A stretch of DNA of 64,000 nucleotides, taken from assembly GCA_964106915.2 (NCBI GenBank), contig OZ066916.1; one strand, 5' to 3'. Below, piece after piece: positions 1 to 11,963 of the stretch. The notes under the pieces were generated by a model. That model saw nothing but the letters and a program-made list of their open reading frames with translations. It did no database searches and was not told the DNA's origin. A program made the translations under genes and the position numbers. Numbering within the stretch: position 1 is the first letter of the stretch; every line of letters begins with the position of its first letter. Source of the stretch: Podarcis gaigeae. Lineage: Eukaryota.

Positions 1-453
1 TGGAGGGATAAATTGTATTTAGTATATCCTCTCCTAGCCATCAACAACCCATCCCACACTAATAACTTAATAATTTTAAATGTTCATTTGTCTGTTGCAA
101 ACAACTGTTTGCTGCCAGGAAATGTAACCTGTGCAGTGTATCCCTTTAAATTACCCATGTTACTTTGATGCTAGAGTGCTACTATGTCATTTGATATTAT
201 ATTATGAAATCTCCAGTATCTAGGGCTCTGTAGTGAATGCAAAGCAGGGACATGATGGATCATAATTTACTTCCAATAGGAAAGTCAAGCTCACTTATAT
301 GAGCCATTGTGTCAAGTTTAATTAAGTGGTACAGTGTCAGATGAGAGCCTTCTATCGATGGCTTCAAAGAGCCTCTCAGATGGTAGAAACTGACATGCAT
401 AGAGGGAGGGGGATAACCCAAATAACGGTGTAGTTTTTTTACATTGTGTAAAC

Positions 454-589
454 CAGTGTTTCCCAACCTTGTGCCTCCAGATGTTTTTGGCCTACAACTC
501 CCATCATCCCTGACCACTGGTCTTGCTAGCTAGGGATGATGGGAGTTGTAGGCCAAAAACATCTGGAGGCACAAGGTTGGGAAACACTG
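454..589. mobile_element. 136-bp palindromic non-autonomous hAT MITE (Buster/Charlie-like)
   Basis: Ends cagtgtttcccaacc...ggttgggaaacactg with long inverted arms; perfect 8-bp TSD gtgtaaac with central TA. Confidence 0.93.
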
Positions 590-1229
590 GTGTAAACCAC
601 ACTTCAAAATATAGAGATATGGCAGCTGAATATATAAAGGTTTTCCATGGGTTGAAATTATTTGCAGTTTGCAGTGAAATCTCCATAAGGCAAGGAGCTT
701 AGCCCTTTCCCCCTTTGGAGTTCAAATGTACACTTGTAATTTGTCTGGGTGGGGAGAGAGAGATACTATTAGGATTGTTGGTTTGCACTGGTTCTATTTG
801 AAAGCTGAAGAGTGCTCTACAGCTGTTGTGTCATGCATGTTTTGTAAGGTTTCATAGCCAAAAGGAACACAAAAAGCAACCTCCTTTTCTGCCCTATTGC
901 ATTTCTTACTCAAACTAAACATGGATGGTTAGCAGAACTAGCGTATGTCTGAAAGATGTCCAGGCTATGTCCACACTGGGGTGTTGCCGTATTCATGGGT
1001 TTGTGCATTTTTGGCCACACATGAGCACTATCAGTTTTATGCCTCCAAAGTCTCTCTCTGTGTTTCCTGTCCACACTAGTGGGCAGTGCTTGATGAGATG
1101 CATTTGCGCTGAGCACTGTTCTCTCCTAACCTCAATTAGTACTTCTGCATGCACCATAAGTTCTGGAAACCTGAGGTGTGTTGTACACATGCATGCAGGT
1201 ACTCGTTTTACCTGTGCTCATACACATTT

Positions 1230-1233
<4 letters not shown>

Positions 1234-1267
<34 letters not shown>
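1234..1267. repeat. (AT)17 microsatellite
   Basis: Seen directly. Confidence 0.98.
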
Positions 1268-1271
<4 letters not shown>

Positions 1272-2392
1272 ATGAAATACAAGTTTTCTTATATACCAGA
1301 TTTGACCGTAAGTGCAGCCAACATTTTTTTAAAATAAATGTGTTGCTTCAAGGCAGGAAAGGATTTGGAGTCACTCACACAAGAGGCTGCTACTTCCTTT
1401 CTTCTCCTTTTCCAGCCTCCTGCACTTACAAGGGCATTAAAAATGTAATACTGCTGTTTAGAACAAGAGCAGGGCTATGCAAAAGAGCTGCTTTAAAAAT
1501 ACAAATTCTACAAGTGGTGGAAAAGGGCAGGTGGCATTATTACCTTTGGGCTAATAGAAACAAAATGGAAGCAGGGAATGTGTTGATAAATGTGGCCCAG
1601 AGAAATGGCATCATACGCTTTTTGGTTTTTTAAAGAGACCTACCCACTCAATGTGCGTCAATGAATTCCTAGTTGGGTAATGTGCTATCTTGTACTGCAT
1701 TTTCTTCCCTCATTAAATTATTTGAGGATCGGAAACATCCAAACTTAGAAGGGGTGGGAATTGTGGGCTGCTTTTTGGACAAGGAAGACATTATGTGGAC
1801 GTTGCTCTTCCCCCAAAATAGAGACACAAGCAGCTTCAAATCCACATTAAACTCCAGTGTAGACAAAATCCTTGTCCCCGAATGGGCTGTCTTTTAACAT
1901 GCAAGGAGTTTGTGATGGGAGGCAGCATTCAGGCAAATTATTCCTGCACATATGTGTTGGAATTCTTGCACAAAAGTGCACACCAGGTAGACACTATTTT
2001 CCTGTCCTAATTCACACACTTGTGTAATGCAGGGATTATAAATTGTACTGTACTTTAGTTTCCTGTTCCTTTTCTTATCTGGGCAGTGTACTTTCAATGT
2101 TCCCTATGATGACAGCATGACCACTGTTCCTTCCAACTGGGGGGACAAGGAAACTGCTTGGAGACATGGATGGTTTACAAAGAGGCCAGTCTGGGCTCCA
2201 AACAGAAGACACTCCTTCCCACACAAGATTAGTGTACATTAATGCATGTAGTCAGACATTTTATCCTTTTCTGGTATAAAAGCTGAGTTTGTTGCATAGT
2301 AGAAGTCAAACTGTTGAAATTTTATCAGTCCTTTGATTAACTGACTATCACTGAGTTTTAAATACAACCATTCTTTCTTTTGCTGTCTGCAG

Positions 2393-2543
2393 GGGATCTG
2401 TACCACGACCACAGCATTTTTACATTTCTTCTTCTTAGCTTCATTTTGTTGGGTTTTGACGGAAGCGTGGCAGTCTTACATGGCTGTTACTGGAAAAATT
2501 AGGACACGACTCATAAGGAAACGCTTTTTATGCCTTGGATGGG
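2393..2543 (+). CDS. ADGRB3: ADGRB3/BAI3 coding exon (TM3-ICL2-start of TM4): [50 protein letters not shown](G)
   Basis: Pyrimidine tract + cag acceptor, gtgagt donor; 151 nt. Translation matches the BAI3 7TM region as I recall it. Confidence 0.97.
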
Positions 2544-3271
2544 GTGAGTTCATATGACTCAGCTAAGATGTTTTTCAGCTTAATGTTTCATGCACGGATA
2601 ACCTTTGGAACATGAATGCATGTTTCAATAATCCTGACAGGTAGTAGATTGCACGGTTTCTAAACCGAATATTAGTACTGGGAGATTTTCTATAGAATTG
2701 CAAGCAGGAATATAATTTAATTCTATTGATCTGCTTCAAGATATGGCTGGTGATGAATGTCTCATTGATTATGAGAGTTTATCACACCATAACTTGCAGC
2801 CTTTAGCAGATTCTCAGTAAAGCACGGTAATAACAAAAACACAAGCAATGTTTTATTTTATTTTATTTTAAAGACCCTTACTGAAATACATCACAGCTCA
2901 GTGTGGTTTCTTTGTTGTATACTATGTCAAATGTACTGGTCACTTAGCAACATAAAAATGATGCATGCTGGGATGGAAGCTGAACTGTTGACAAGCTCCT
3001 GGTAGGTGAAGTGGGCATTAACATTACATGCTGGTGAAAAGGTCCCCCCCACCCATGAAATCAATCTCTATAGGTTAATATAGTATGCTGTGGTTTTTCA
3101 CATCCCATAAGAAGAAGCATGCATTGTGGCTCACAGGAATAACGATTGGTGGATAAATTCTAAGAGAGTAGCCCATATTTCAGCAAAAACCACAAAGGCA
3201 CTGTGGCACCTTAGAGACTTGACAAATATGTTGTGGAAACAGCCATTAAATGTGTAGGGAAGTAATCATAC

Positions 3272-3409
3272 AATCACAGAATCACAGAATTCCAACAGAG
3301 TTGGAAGGGATCACGAGGATCATCTAGTCCAACCCTTCTGCAATTCAGGAATCTTTCACCCAATGGAGGACTCAGACCCATGACCCTGAGATTAAGAGTC
3401 TCATGCTCT
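3272..3409 (-). mobile_element. tRNA-Lys(CTT)-derived SINE with CR1-like 3' tail, 5'-truncated
   Basis: Minus strand reads agagcatgagactcttaatctcagggtc... and then ccttccaactct...(attctgtg)n. Confidence 0.8.
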
Positions 3410-3554
3410 GTCCAAACGTTTTCCAAACAGGGCCAGATTTGATGAAGTGAAGGGCCATGGGGGCCGACCAAAGTTGTTTTTAGGATTTTACCCCAGGAAA
3501 TAAACTGCCATAGGGGCCGGATTAGGCCCCCAAAATGGACTTTGGACATGCCTG
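3410..3554. mobile_element. hAT-like MITE remnant ending 35 nt upstream of an exon acceptor
   Basis: gtccaaa ... tttggacatgcctg inverted ends and gggcc-rich subterminal motifs. Confidence 0.6.
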
Positions 3555-3588
3555 ACACTAAGCTAATCACTGGGGGTTTCTCTTACAG

Positions 3589-3658
3589 GTCTACCAGCAC
3601 TGGTGGTGGCTATATCAATAGGTTTTACCAAGACAAAAGGATACGGAACCAGTAACTA
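3589..3658 (+). CDS. ADGRB3: ADGRB3 coding exon (TM4-ECL2): (G)[22 protein letters not shown](Y)
   Basis: tcttacag acceptor, gtaagt donor; 70 nt; phase-compatible with the flanking exons. Confidence 0.96.
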
Positions 3659-4430
3659 GTAAGTCACTCCATAATAATAAACGTTTTCAATGACCGCCAG
3701 CTCCTCCATCCCTATTTATCACACAACCTGCTTTTGGGTATTTTTACTGTTCTGTGCTGATATGGAAGTTGTTTAAAGGTGAATAATAAGTGTGCTGGTT
3801 AACAATGGGCAGGCCCAGTTGAGGAGAAATGTGGCAGAAAGCTACCAAAGGATAGCAAATTGCTATCTATTGAATGGGGAAATTGTCTTCCATCTTGTCA
3901 GAGCACTACAGAAGTACCTGACCCTGGGACTTCTTCCTTAGTGTGCCTGTTCTGGCCTCTTCGTTCAGTTGTTTCTAGCAAACAGCCTCTTACTCAAATG
4001 CAGATTTACCATCCCCTTTCTTCCAAGATCTTACTGTGATTAATAAGAGTTCGGCAAAGGAGGCATGGTGTGCCCATATCAACTCCTATTCATTTATCTC
4101 TCCCTGAACAACTATTCTGCAGGATTTGATATGGAAAAGGAAATGAGATTCAGTAGTGGCAGGGTTGGGAATGCCAGTGAGTTGGAAACAGGTGGCTTAG
4201 GAATATAGTGCACGATCATTGAGATGTTTTAGACTGCAATTCCCATCAGCCCCAGCAAACAGAGCTATGCTGGCTGGGGCTGATGAGAGTTACAGACAAA
4301 AACATTTGGAGGGCAACAGTTTTGGGAAAGCTGCCTTGAAGCAGCTATTACTTCACCATTCCTTTTGCAAATGCCGGGCAAATGAGCTAAAATTCCCAGA
4401 GCACGGAGGGCATTCAACAGCTCTCTAGAG

Positions 4431-4616
4431 CAGGGCTTTCCAAACTGTGTGTTGCAACACATTAGATGGGTCATGTGAACGCTCCTCACACTCCTCCTAG
4501 GGCTGGAAAAGGGGTTAGTTCAATCTCTGGTTTGCTAGTAAAACTGAATTACTGTGTTGCGAAATTATGCATATCTAAAAAGTGTGTTACCAACATGAAA
4601 AATTTGGAAAGCTCTG
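4431..4616. mobile_element. 186-bp hAT MITE
   Basis: TIR cagggctttccaaa / tttggaaagctctg; TSD ctctagag/ctctaaag. Confidence 0.85.
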
Positions 4617-5189
4617 CTCTAAAGGCACTTAGAATTTAGATGGATTAAGAGCGCCTTATTTTGAGAGAGTGCTACATGTATTCCATTAAAATCATTACAT
4701 CTTATTAGGAGCTTTAGATGAGTGACTTGGTGTCTACTTCATGAAGTATTTTCAATAGAAAAGCAAGACATCAATGAAGCATTAACAGAAAAATACTTAA
4801 ATTGTGTCATTCAGTCTGTGAAAAAATACTTGGAAGATGCTTTGAATGTGACAAAGTGTGAGAAATTAGCATTAGAATTGTAAGTTGAACAGTATTTAAA
4901 ATGAGCTATTTTAGCATTTAACACACACACACATAAAAAAGAGTTTCCTTGAAGGTAGATTTCCTTTTTGCTATGGTGCCGTAACTTGAAAACTGCTGAA
5001 TGAAAAATGCTAAATATTCAGTACTGGCAGAAACACTTTTTTAAGGACAGTTTATTTGAAATGTTTAGCAAGCATGAAAGACAATATTTTCTCAAACATA
5101 TTCTTCCACACAGAAGTAAACTAGGTTTCATATTTCTTAAGTAATACACAAGATATCACAGCTATATATGCTCTGTCCTTGTAGTAGAA

Positions 5190-6886
5190 CAGTGTTTCCC
5201 AACCGGTGTTCCGCGGCACACTAGTGTGCCGCGAGAAGTTGCCGGGTGTGCCGTGGGAGGGAGGCGGGCGAGTCGGGCTGCTTTAGCCCCGTGCCTGCTC
5301 TCCCAGCTGGAGAGGTGACGTGCGCCTATGGAGGCTCCTGCCATAGGCGCGCGTCACCTCTCCAGCGGGGAGAGGGTCGCGGGGGGCTGCTTTAGCACGC
5401 ACAGGGCTAAAGCAGCCCCCCGCGACCCTCTCCCCGCTGGAGAGGTGACGCGTGCCTATGGCAGGAGCCTCCATAGGCGCGCGTCACCTCTCCAGCTGGG
5501 AGAGCACGCACGGGGCTAAAGCAGCCCCCCGCGACCCTCTCCCCGCTGGAGAGGTGACGCGTGCCTATGGCAGGAGCCTCCATAGGCGCGCGTCACCTCT
5601 CCAGCTGGGAGAACACGCACGGGGCTAAAGCAGCCCCCCGCGACCCTCTCCCCGCTGGAGAGGTGACGCGCGCCTATGGCAGGAGCCTCCATAGGCGCGC
5701 GTCACCTCTCCAGCTGGGAGAGCACGCACGGGGCTAAAGCAGCCCCCCGCGACCCTCTCCCCGCTGGAGAGGTGACGCGCGCCTATGGCAGGAGCCTCCA
5801 TAGGCGCGCGTCACCTCTCCAGCTGGGAGAGCACGCACGGGGCTAAAGCGCGACCGTCTCCCGGCTGGAGACGCGGGGCTGGGGCGGGGGAAGCCCGAGC
5901 TTCCCCCTCCCCCAGAACGGGACCCAGAGCTCTGGGAGCTTGCGGGGCTGGGGGAGGAGGAAGCCCTCCGCCAGCCTCCAAACCATGTCGGGAGACAGTG
6001 GGTGGGCGCGCTACGCCTCTCCCGCTGTCTCCCGAGTTTGCGGGGCTGGCAACGGGGAGGAGCAGGCTTCTCCCCCCGCCAGCCTTCTAGCCAAGTCAGG
6101 GGACAGCGGGAAGGGCGCGCTACGCCTCTCCCGCTGTCGCCCGAGTTTGCGGGGCTGGCGACGGGGAAAAGCAGGCTTCTCCCCCCCCCCCCGCCAGCCT
6201 TCTAACCAAGTCGGGGGACAGCGGGATGGCGGCGTTCCTTCGGAGGACGCCCCGTGCTCCGCGCTGGTGTTGGCCAGCCTTGCGCACCCGGGGGATCTCC
6301 CCCCAGGAGCGCAAGGCTTGCGGGCGGCGCAGAGCACGGGGCGCCCTTCGGAGGACGCCCCGTGCTCCGCGCTCGTGTTGGCAAGCCTTGCGCACCCGTG
6401 GGGGCGCATGGGGCGCCCTGAAACAGAGGGTTCCCCATGCTGCGGACTGTAGTCTGCCGCCCGATGCGCGGGGCGCCCTGAAGCAGAGCGCCCCTCGCGC
6501 CAGGCAGACATGGGCCAGCCCCACAAGCTCGGGGGACAGCGGGGAGGCACAGCACCGCCATCCCACTGTTCCCCGACCTGGTTTTGGGGGGGGAAATAAA
6601 GGAAAAAAATTTTTCCTTTATTTCCCCCCCCCCCCCAAAAAAAAGTAGGTGCGTCCTATGGGACGGAGCGTCCTAAAAATACGGTACTTACTATTTCATA
6701 ATAAAGTAATTATAAAATACCGGTACTTTCTTTGTGTTTATTTGATGCCTATTAAAGAGAGTTACTTTATATATAGTCAATATAGGCACAGAGTTAATTT
6801 TTTAAACATTTTCTAATGGTGGTGTGCCTCGAGATTTTTTTCATGAAACAAGTGTGCCTTTGCCCAAAAAAGGTTGGGAAACACTG
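5190..6886. mobile_element. 1.7-kb GC-rich composite non-autonomous hAT element
   Basis: 15-bp TIR cagtgtttcccaacc/ggttgggaaacactg; perfect 8-bp TSD tagtagaa (5182-5189, 6887-6894); no transposase ORF. Confidence 0.92.
5277..5850. repeat. Array of 109-bp hairpin units: one inverted copy followed by four direct copies
   Basis: ctaaag anchor at 5407, 5516, 5625, 5734 and 5843; each unit has a 26-bp stem with a 9-nt loop. Confidence 0.95.
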
Positions 6887-7259
6887 TAGTAGAACAGCAA
6901 GTACAGGTTGCATTCTGCAGGGTTGGATACATTGCAGACTGCAGCTAAATAGTCTTGGAAATGGCTAGTTTTCAGACTTCCTGATTTATTGGGGTGTGTT
7001 GGCCTACATGTGCAATAAATCTCTGTTTTCTGTTTGTTGTGAAAGTGTTGGAAGTGCAACAGCAGGGATCATTCCATTTGAACATAAGGATTACTTCTGT
7101 TATTAAAGTCTTCTAGCCAAGAGGGGGAGGTGTTGCTTAGTAACTAAGCAGATACTTGGTGAAATAGCATGTCTTCTGGTTAGCTATGTAGTATGAGAGA
7201 ATTGTTCCTCTGTAAATTTGGTTGAATGCCACCCTGCTATAAACAAGGCCTAAAATATA

Positions 7260-7748
7260 CCGTATTTTTCACCCTATAGGACGCACTTTTCCCCCTCCAA
7301 AAATGAAGGGAAAATGTGTGTGCATCCTATGTGGCGAATGCAGGCTTTCGCTGAAGCCTGGAGAGCGAGGGGGGTCGTTGCGCACCGACCCCTCTCGCTC
7401 TCCAGGCTTCAGGAAGCTATCCTCTAGCCGTGAGAGACCCAGCTCTCCCAGGGCTAGCGGAGAGCTTGCCTGCACCCAGAAGCTTGAGGCGCGCTGAGCT
7501 CCGCACGCCCCAAGCTTCGGGATTAGCGCAGTGCTCCGCTAGCCTTGGGAGAGCCGCGTGGCTCTCCCACGGCTAACGGAGACCTTGCTGGCAGCCAGAA
7601 GCTTGGGGTGCGCTGAGCTCCGCACGCCCCAAGCTTCGGGATTAGCGCAGAGCGCCTGGGGGAAAAATAATTTCCCCCCCTTTATTTCCCCCCCAAAAAA
7701 CTAGGTGTGTCCTATGGGCTGGTGCGTCCTATGGGGCGAAAAATACGG
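7260..7748. mobile_element. Non-autonomous Tc1/mariner-superfamily (pogo/Tigger/Tc2-like) element
   Basis: 27-bp TIR ccgtatttttcrcccyataggacgcac (2 mismatches); TA flanks; internal duplication at 119-bp period. Confidence 0.9.
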
Positions 7749-7937
7749 TAATTAGAATTTCTTTTCTCTCCTGTCTGTGTTATTTAAGTGACTTTGCTAA
7801 CAGAAAGTATCTGAAACATTTTGATATCCCAAGACTGAGAAAATCAGTGAGGCCCCACAATCAGTAGACAGATATATAGACAGACAAATAATAAACCTTA
7901 TTAATTTTTATTAGTTCTTTTCTAATGTTCTTTCCAG

Positions 7938-8004
7938 TTGCTGGCTCTCTCTCGAAGGAGGACTTCTCTATGCTTTTGTTGGACCTGCAGCCGCTGTTGT
8001 CTTG
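7938..8004 (+). CDS. ADGRB3: ADGRB3 coding exon (ECL2-TM5): (Y)[22 protein letters not shown]
   Basis: tttccag acceptor, gtaaac donor; 67 nt; contains the adhesion-GPCR CWL motif. Confidence 0.96.
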
Positions 8005-9928
8005 GTAAACATTAAAATCACCTATTTTAAGTAACCATGGTAATATAATCACTGACTGGATAGTATGTTAAGTCTTCTAAATTCTGATATGGAAGTTTTG
8101 AATGCAAACTTATTTTGCATATACTTTCAGTATCTCAAATACACAGATGATTAAAGGGCGGTTGTCCCTCTTAACACATGTTAAATTTGTGCATTTGTAT
8201 TTATAAAAGGGGTATGTATAATATGTGTGCCAATGAGTGGTGTGGCTTGTACAGAGGGGGCGTGGGCTGAGGAGATTTCTGAGAAGCAAATAGAGAGCTT
8301 TGGGGTGCATTTGGGCCCAGCTAACAAGTTCGCCATCCCTGAATTTTGCCCCATGTTTTGATTATTTTCAACAATTGCACTTTGTAAAGGAATACAAAAT
8401 CAAACTTTTCTCAGCCTGCAGTCCCAGTATGGCTGTGTTGACACAAATCATTTTGGAACTTCTTGTATGGTTTCTCAGGGCAAGGGGAGGGTAGAATCAC
8501 CTTGTAGAGAAATTCAGAAAAAGCAAGAAGAGAGCATGCTAACTCTCTCCTCCTTCATTCCTTCAAATTAATAAGCTCTAGTGAAAGTATGAGGGGGAAA
8601 TTAATTTAAGAAGCTTACAATCACCTACTTGCTTAATACTCACTCCTTCCCCCAGTGCACAAACACAGAAAACGCTGACTGTGTGTCTATTGATCCTCTA
8701 AATATTCTGAATGCAGATCTGCCTCCAATCTTACTAATCCTTTGAAGTGAATTGACTTTGAGCCGAAACTACCATATATTTATTGGCTCTGAAGCACTTT
8801 GAAGCCTCAAAGAATCTATATCGCTGCCTGGTTTTGTTTTTTGTAACTAACACAGTGCAAAAGGAACAAGCCATCGTATCTGAAACACTTCAGTAATCCA
8901 AGCAAAAGAAAACAATGTCACTTTTCATAATCGCCTTCTTGTCAGAAATGCACATTTCCCCATCAACCTTGGCTGTATGCCTTAAAAATGATAGCAGTCA
9001 AAAAACTAATCTAGGTCATTTGAATGCCAACCTATCTGATCAAACTGTGTCTTCCAATTAATATCAGCCCTGCCTTTTAAACTCAGACAAAGTTGTGGAA
9101 GCACTCCTGTAGTCTAGAGAGGGGGTGGGGAGAGGGATCCTCCAGACAATCTATTCATTGAGCACTTATCCTAATTTAGTTGCACTAAGGTTGTTTGGTG
9201 ACTGCTGATTATTGTTCTGATTTGTTTGTGGGAAAGTTATATGACAGTAATAGTTAATTCTAATTTCTTCATGCAGACTTCCCATCTATCAGTTGTTATT
9301 CCACACTTTTTAGTGCATTTCTCCATCACTTTCCTTACCGCAAAAAGTCTCTTATATCACAAACCTAAATACCTAGTCTAATCCTTTCTGCAAAATAGTG
9401 ATTGGAGGTGACCATAGATACAGATGTGGAGTTGGATTCTGTGTTGTGCAGAGCAGATGTCGGTGAAGTGGATAAGCCCATTCGCAAGAGAGTGGAAGTG
9501 ATTTTGATTTCTAAGGCCCCCTTACCTCTGCACCTCCAAAAATCAGCTCTGGATTGACAGGGATCCTACACCACAATGTCTGAAAAGCGACTGGAACCTG
9601 CAAAAAAGGAGGAGGAATGGGGGGGAGCTTCAGTAGAATCACAGTTTCCTCTACCAAAGGAGCCCTTCCATTCATAGTGGGGCAACACTGAATCTTATGC
9701 ATTTATATAAGATATAAGAAGTGGTGCATACCAGCAAAACTATTCCCTTTCACCAGGAATGCCCTGCTATTTCCCTTTTTCTCCCCCCCCCCCTTGAATG
9801 CCATGCATTTTCCCTTTGCCTGTGCTGCACTACACACATATTATCTTCCCCCCTGCCCTGTCCTTAATTCAGTATCACTTAAAGGGGTGACTGTTTGTGT
9901 TTTCGTCCGTTTGTTTTATATTTAACAG

Positions 9929-10014
9929 GTCAACATGGTGATTGGCATTCTGGTGTTTAATAAACTTGTTTCCAGAGATGGAATCCTAGATAAAAAACTC
10001 AAACACAGAGCGGG
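9929..10014 (+). CDS. ADGRB3: ADGRB3 coding exon (TM5-ICL3): [28 protein letters not shown](G)
   Basis: ttaacag acceptor, gtaagc donor; 86 nt; in frame. Confidence 0.96.
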
Positions 10015-11244
10015 GTAAGCAGAAGTTGGGTTTTTCCCCCAGGCCTACTGAAAATCTGTTACTTATTTTCAATTATTTATTTTGTCTCTATGTATATATT
10101 ATGTTTACCAAATGTCTATTTATTTGATTGCACTTTGAATTATTATTTTTTTGCATAGTTTAACAAGCTGTCTAACCAATTTTATTCATCTCCAAAACTG
10201 AGGAAATGTGATTGAGCAACAGTAAAATAATAAAACACAAGTACAATGGTATTAAGTCAGTCAAAAGCCTGAATAATGATTATGCATGTCAAAATTATTG
10301 GCTTTCTAAAATATTGGCATTGTGCAGAATGGAGACGCAGACTTATGTAATGCTCTTTAGTTAGAATGTTCCTCTAAAAGATTTCCCAAGGTAATTCCTA
10401 AGATAAAATGGGTGGTAGGCGGACCATTTGCTTGCTTGCATATGTAATGCACCACAATAAAGTATCAGAATATAACACCAGGCAAACAAAATATTACTTT
10501 GCTAATGGTTAAGGTTTTCTATAAACTGATCCCCTTTTTGTCTGTGAGAGGAGATTCTTTGCATTGAGTGGGTTCTGTCCATGCATTGTGAGGCATTTCC
10601 TTTCAGACAGGGCCTAGGAGCCTGAGTCCATGAAAAAGCTGGATTCCTGCCAATCTGTTGTTGCTTATCTATTCATTTTCTTTACCCATCCTTTACCATA
10701 AGGTCCCATGGCAGGTAACAGCAATTTCAAAATACAATATTAAAATCAATTAAGAGAGTAGTTTAAGCCCTAAAATATATACATCTCAGGTGCCAGACAC
10801 ACCATTCAGATAAGGGAATTCCACAACTTAGGGGCTGTCCAGAAGAGGGTCTGGGTGCTAGATTCTGTTACCCCTGCTCTCCCTTCTCCACCAAACAGCT
10901 GATCATCAATATTTCAGCTTCTTTTATTCAAGCAAGCATACATTCTCTTAGATCAGGGTTCATTGATTCAGTGGGGAAGATCTTAAACATGGGCTTAACT
11001 CTCCCAGTGAGACTTACATGTGCTTAACTCTGACTAGATCCTACTCCATGATATTTCATTATTGATTGTTAATGCTCTATTTAATCTTGATAAGATTGCA
11101 TCCTTTGAAGAATACTGAATTAGCATGATAAGCTGCTCTGTTAACCAAAGCTGTTCTTCAATAGCTGTTTCTCACAGGCAGACTATACCATGACTTGTTG
11201 ACATGTGATTTGGTCCCACTTATATCCCCTCACAAATACCAATA

Positions 11245-11855
11245 CCTCTTCTGAAGGGACCTCTTCTGAAGGCTGGCAGGGGGCAAAAGTCTTTGTCCCC
11301 CCCTGCCTGCCTTCCCGGGGGCTTTTAAATCGCCCCAGGACAGCGGAGAATTCCTTCGCTGTCCCGGGGCGATTTTAAAATGCTCCTGGACGGCTTTTGA
11401 AGGCAGGCGGGGGGGAGCAAAGACTTTTGCCCCCCGCCAGCCTTCAGAAGAGGTCCCTTCAGAAGAGCTTTGGTTAACAGTCCTGGACCTCTTCTGAAGG
11501 CGGGCGGGGGGCAAAAGTCTTTGCTCCACCCCGCCTGCCTTCAAAAGCCATCCGGGATAGCGGGAAGCGCTTCCCTGCTATCCCGGACTGCTTTTAAAAT
11601 GCTGGCAGTGGGGAGCAAAGTCTTTCGGCCCCCGCCGGCCTTCCTGGACCTCTTCTGAAGGCCGGAGGGGGGAGAAAGGCTTTGCTCCCCACCGCTAGCA
11701 TTTAAAAGAGGTCCCCGGAGATTTCCCTATGGGCTTTCTTCTTGTGAAGCAAGCCCATAGGGAAATTCGTTTTGCGAAGCGCCTCCAAAATGGAAAACCC
11801 TTTCGTCTAGCGGGTTTTTCGTCTTGCGAGGCGTTCGTCTAGCGGGGCACCACTG
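11245..11855. mobile_element. One-ended, GC-rich Tigger/pogo-like non-autonomous element
   Basis: Ends in ggcaccactg|ta; internal direct and inverted ctcttctgaaggc.ggcggggg repeats; the other TIR is not seen. Confidence 0.75.
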
Positions 11856-11963
11856 TATGTATATATATCCATTAGTTGAATCAGATGAAGGAGGTTCTAG
11901 TCCATGCAAACTTGTCAATCTTAAGACACCACAGGTTAGGACTGTTGAAGTTATCCTCTAGAT

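Noticed and set aside
3340-3409. tRNA-Lys(CTT) gene on the minus strand
   Set aside because: The 5' end is missing, the T-loop is mutated and it is fused to a CR1-like tail, so it is a SINE head.
5277-5850. CRISPR-like regularly spaced palindromic repeats
   Set aside because: The sequence between hairpins is also repeated, so there are no unique spacers. There are no cas genes, and the array lies inside a eukaryotic hAT element.
5785-6648. Overlapping 100-180 aa ORFs on both strands
   Set aside because: These are low-complexity Arg/Gly/Pro/Ala translations expected from stop-poor GC-rich repeats, with no transposase or other domain motifs.
11878-11936. Second hammerhead motif in a Penelope-like relic
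   Set aside because: The core is degenerate (cagatgaag; no GAAA) and helix II is unpaired, so it is non-functional.
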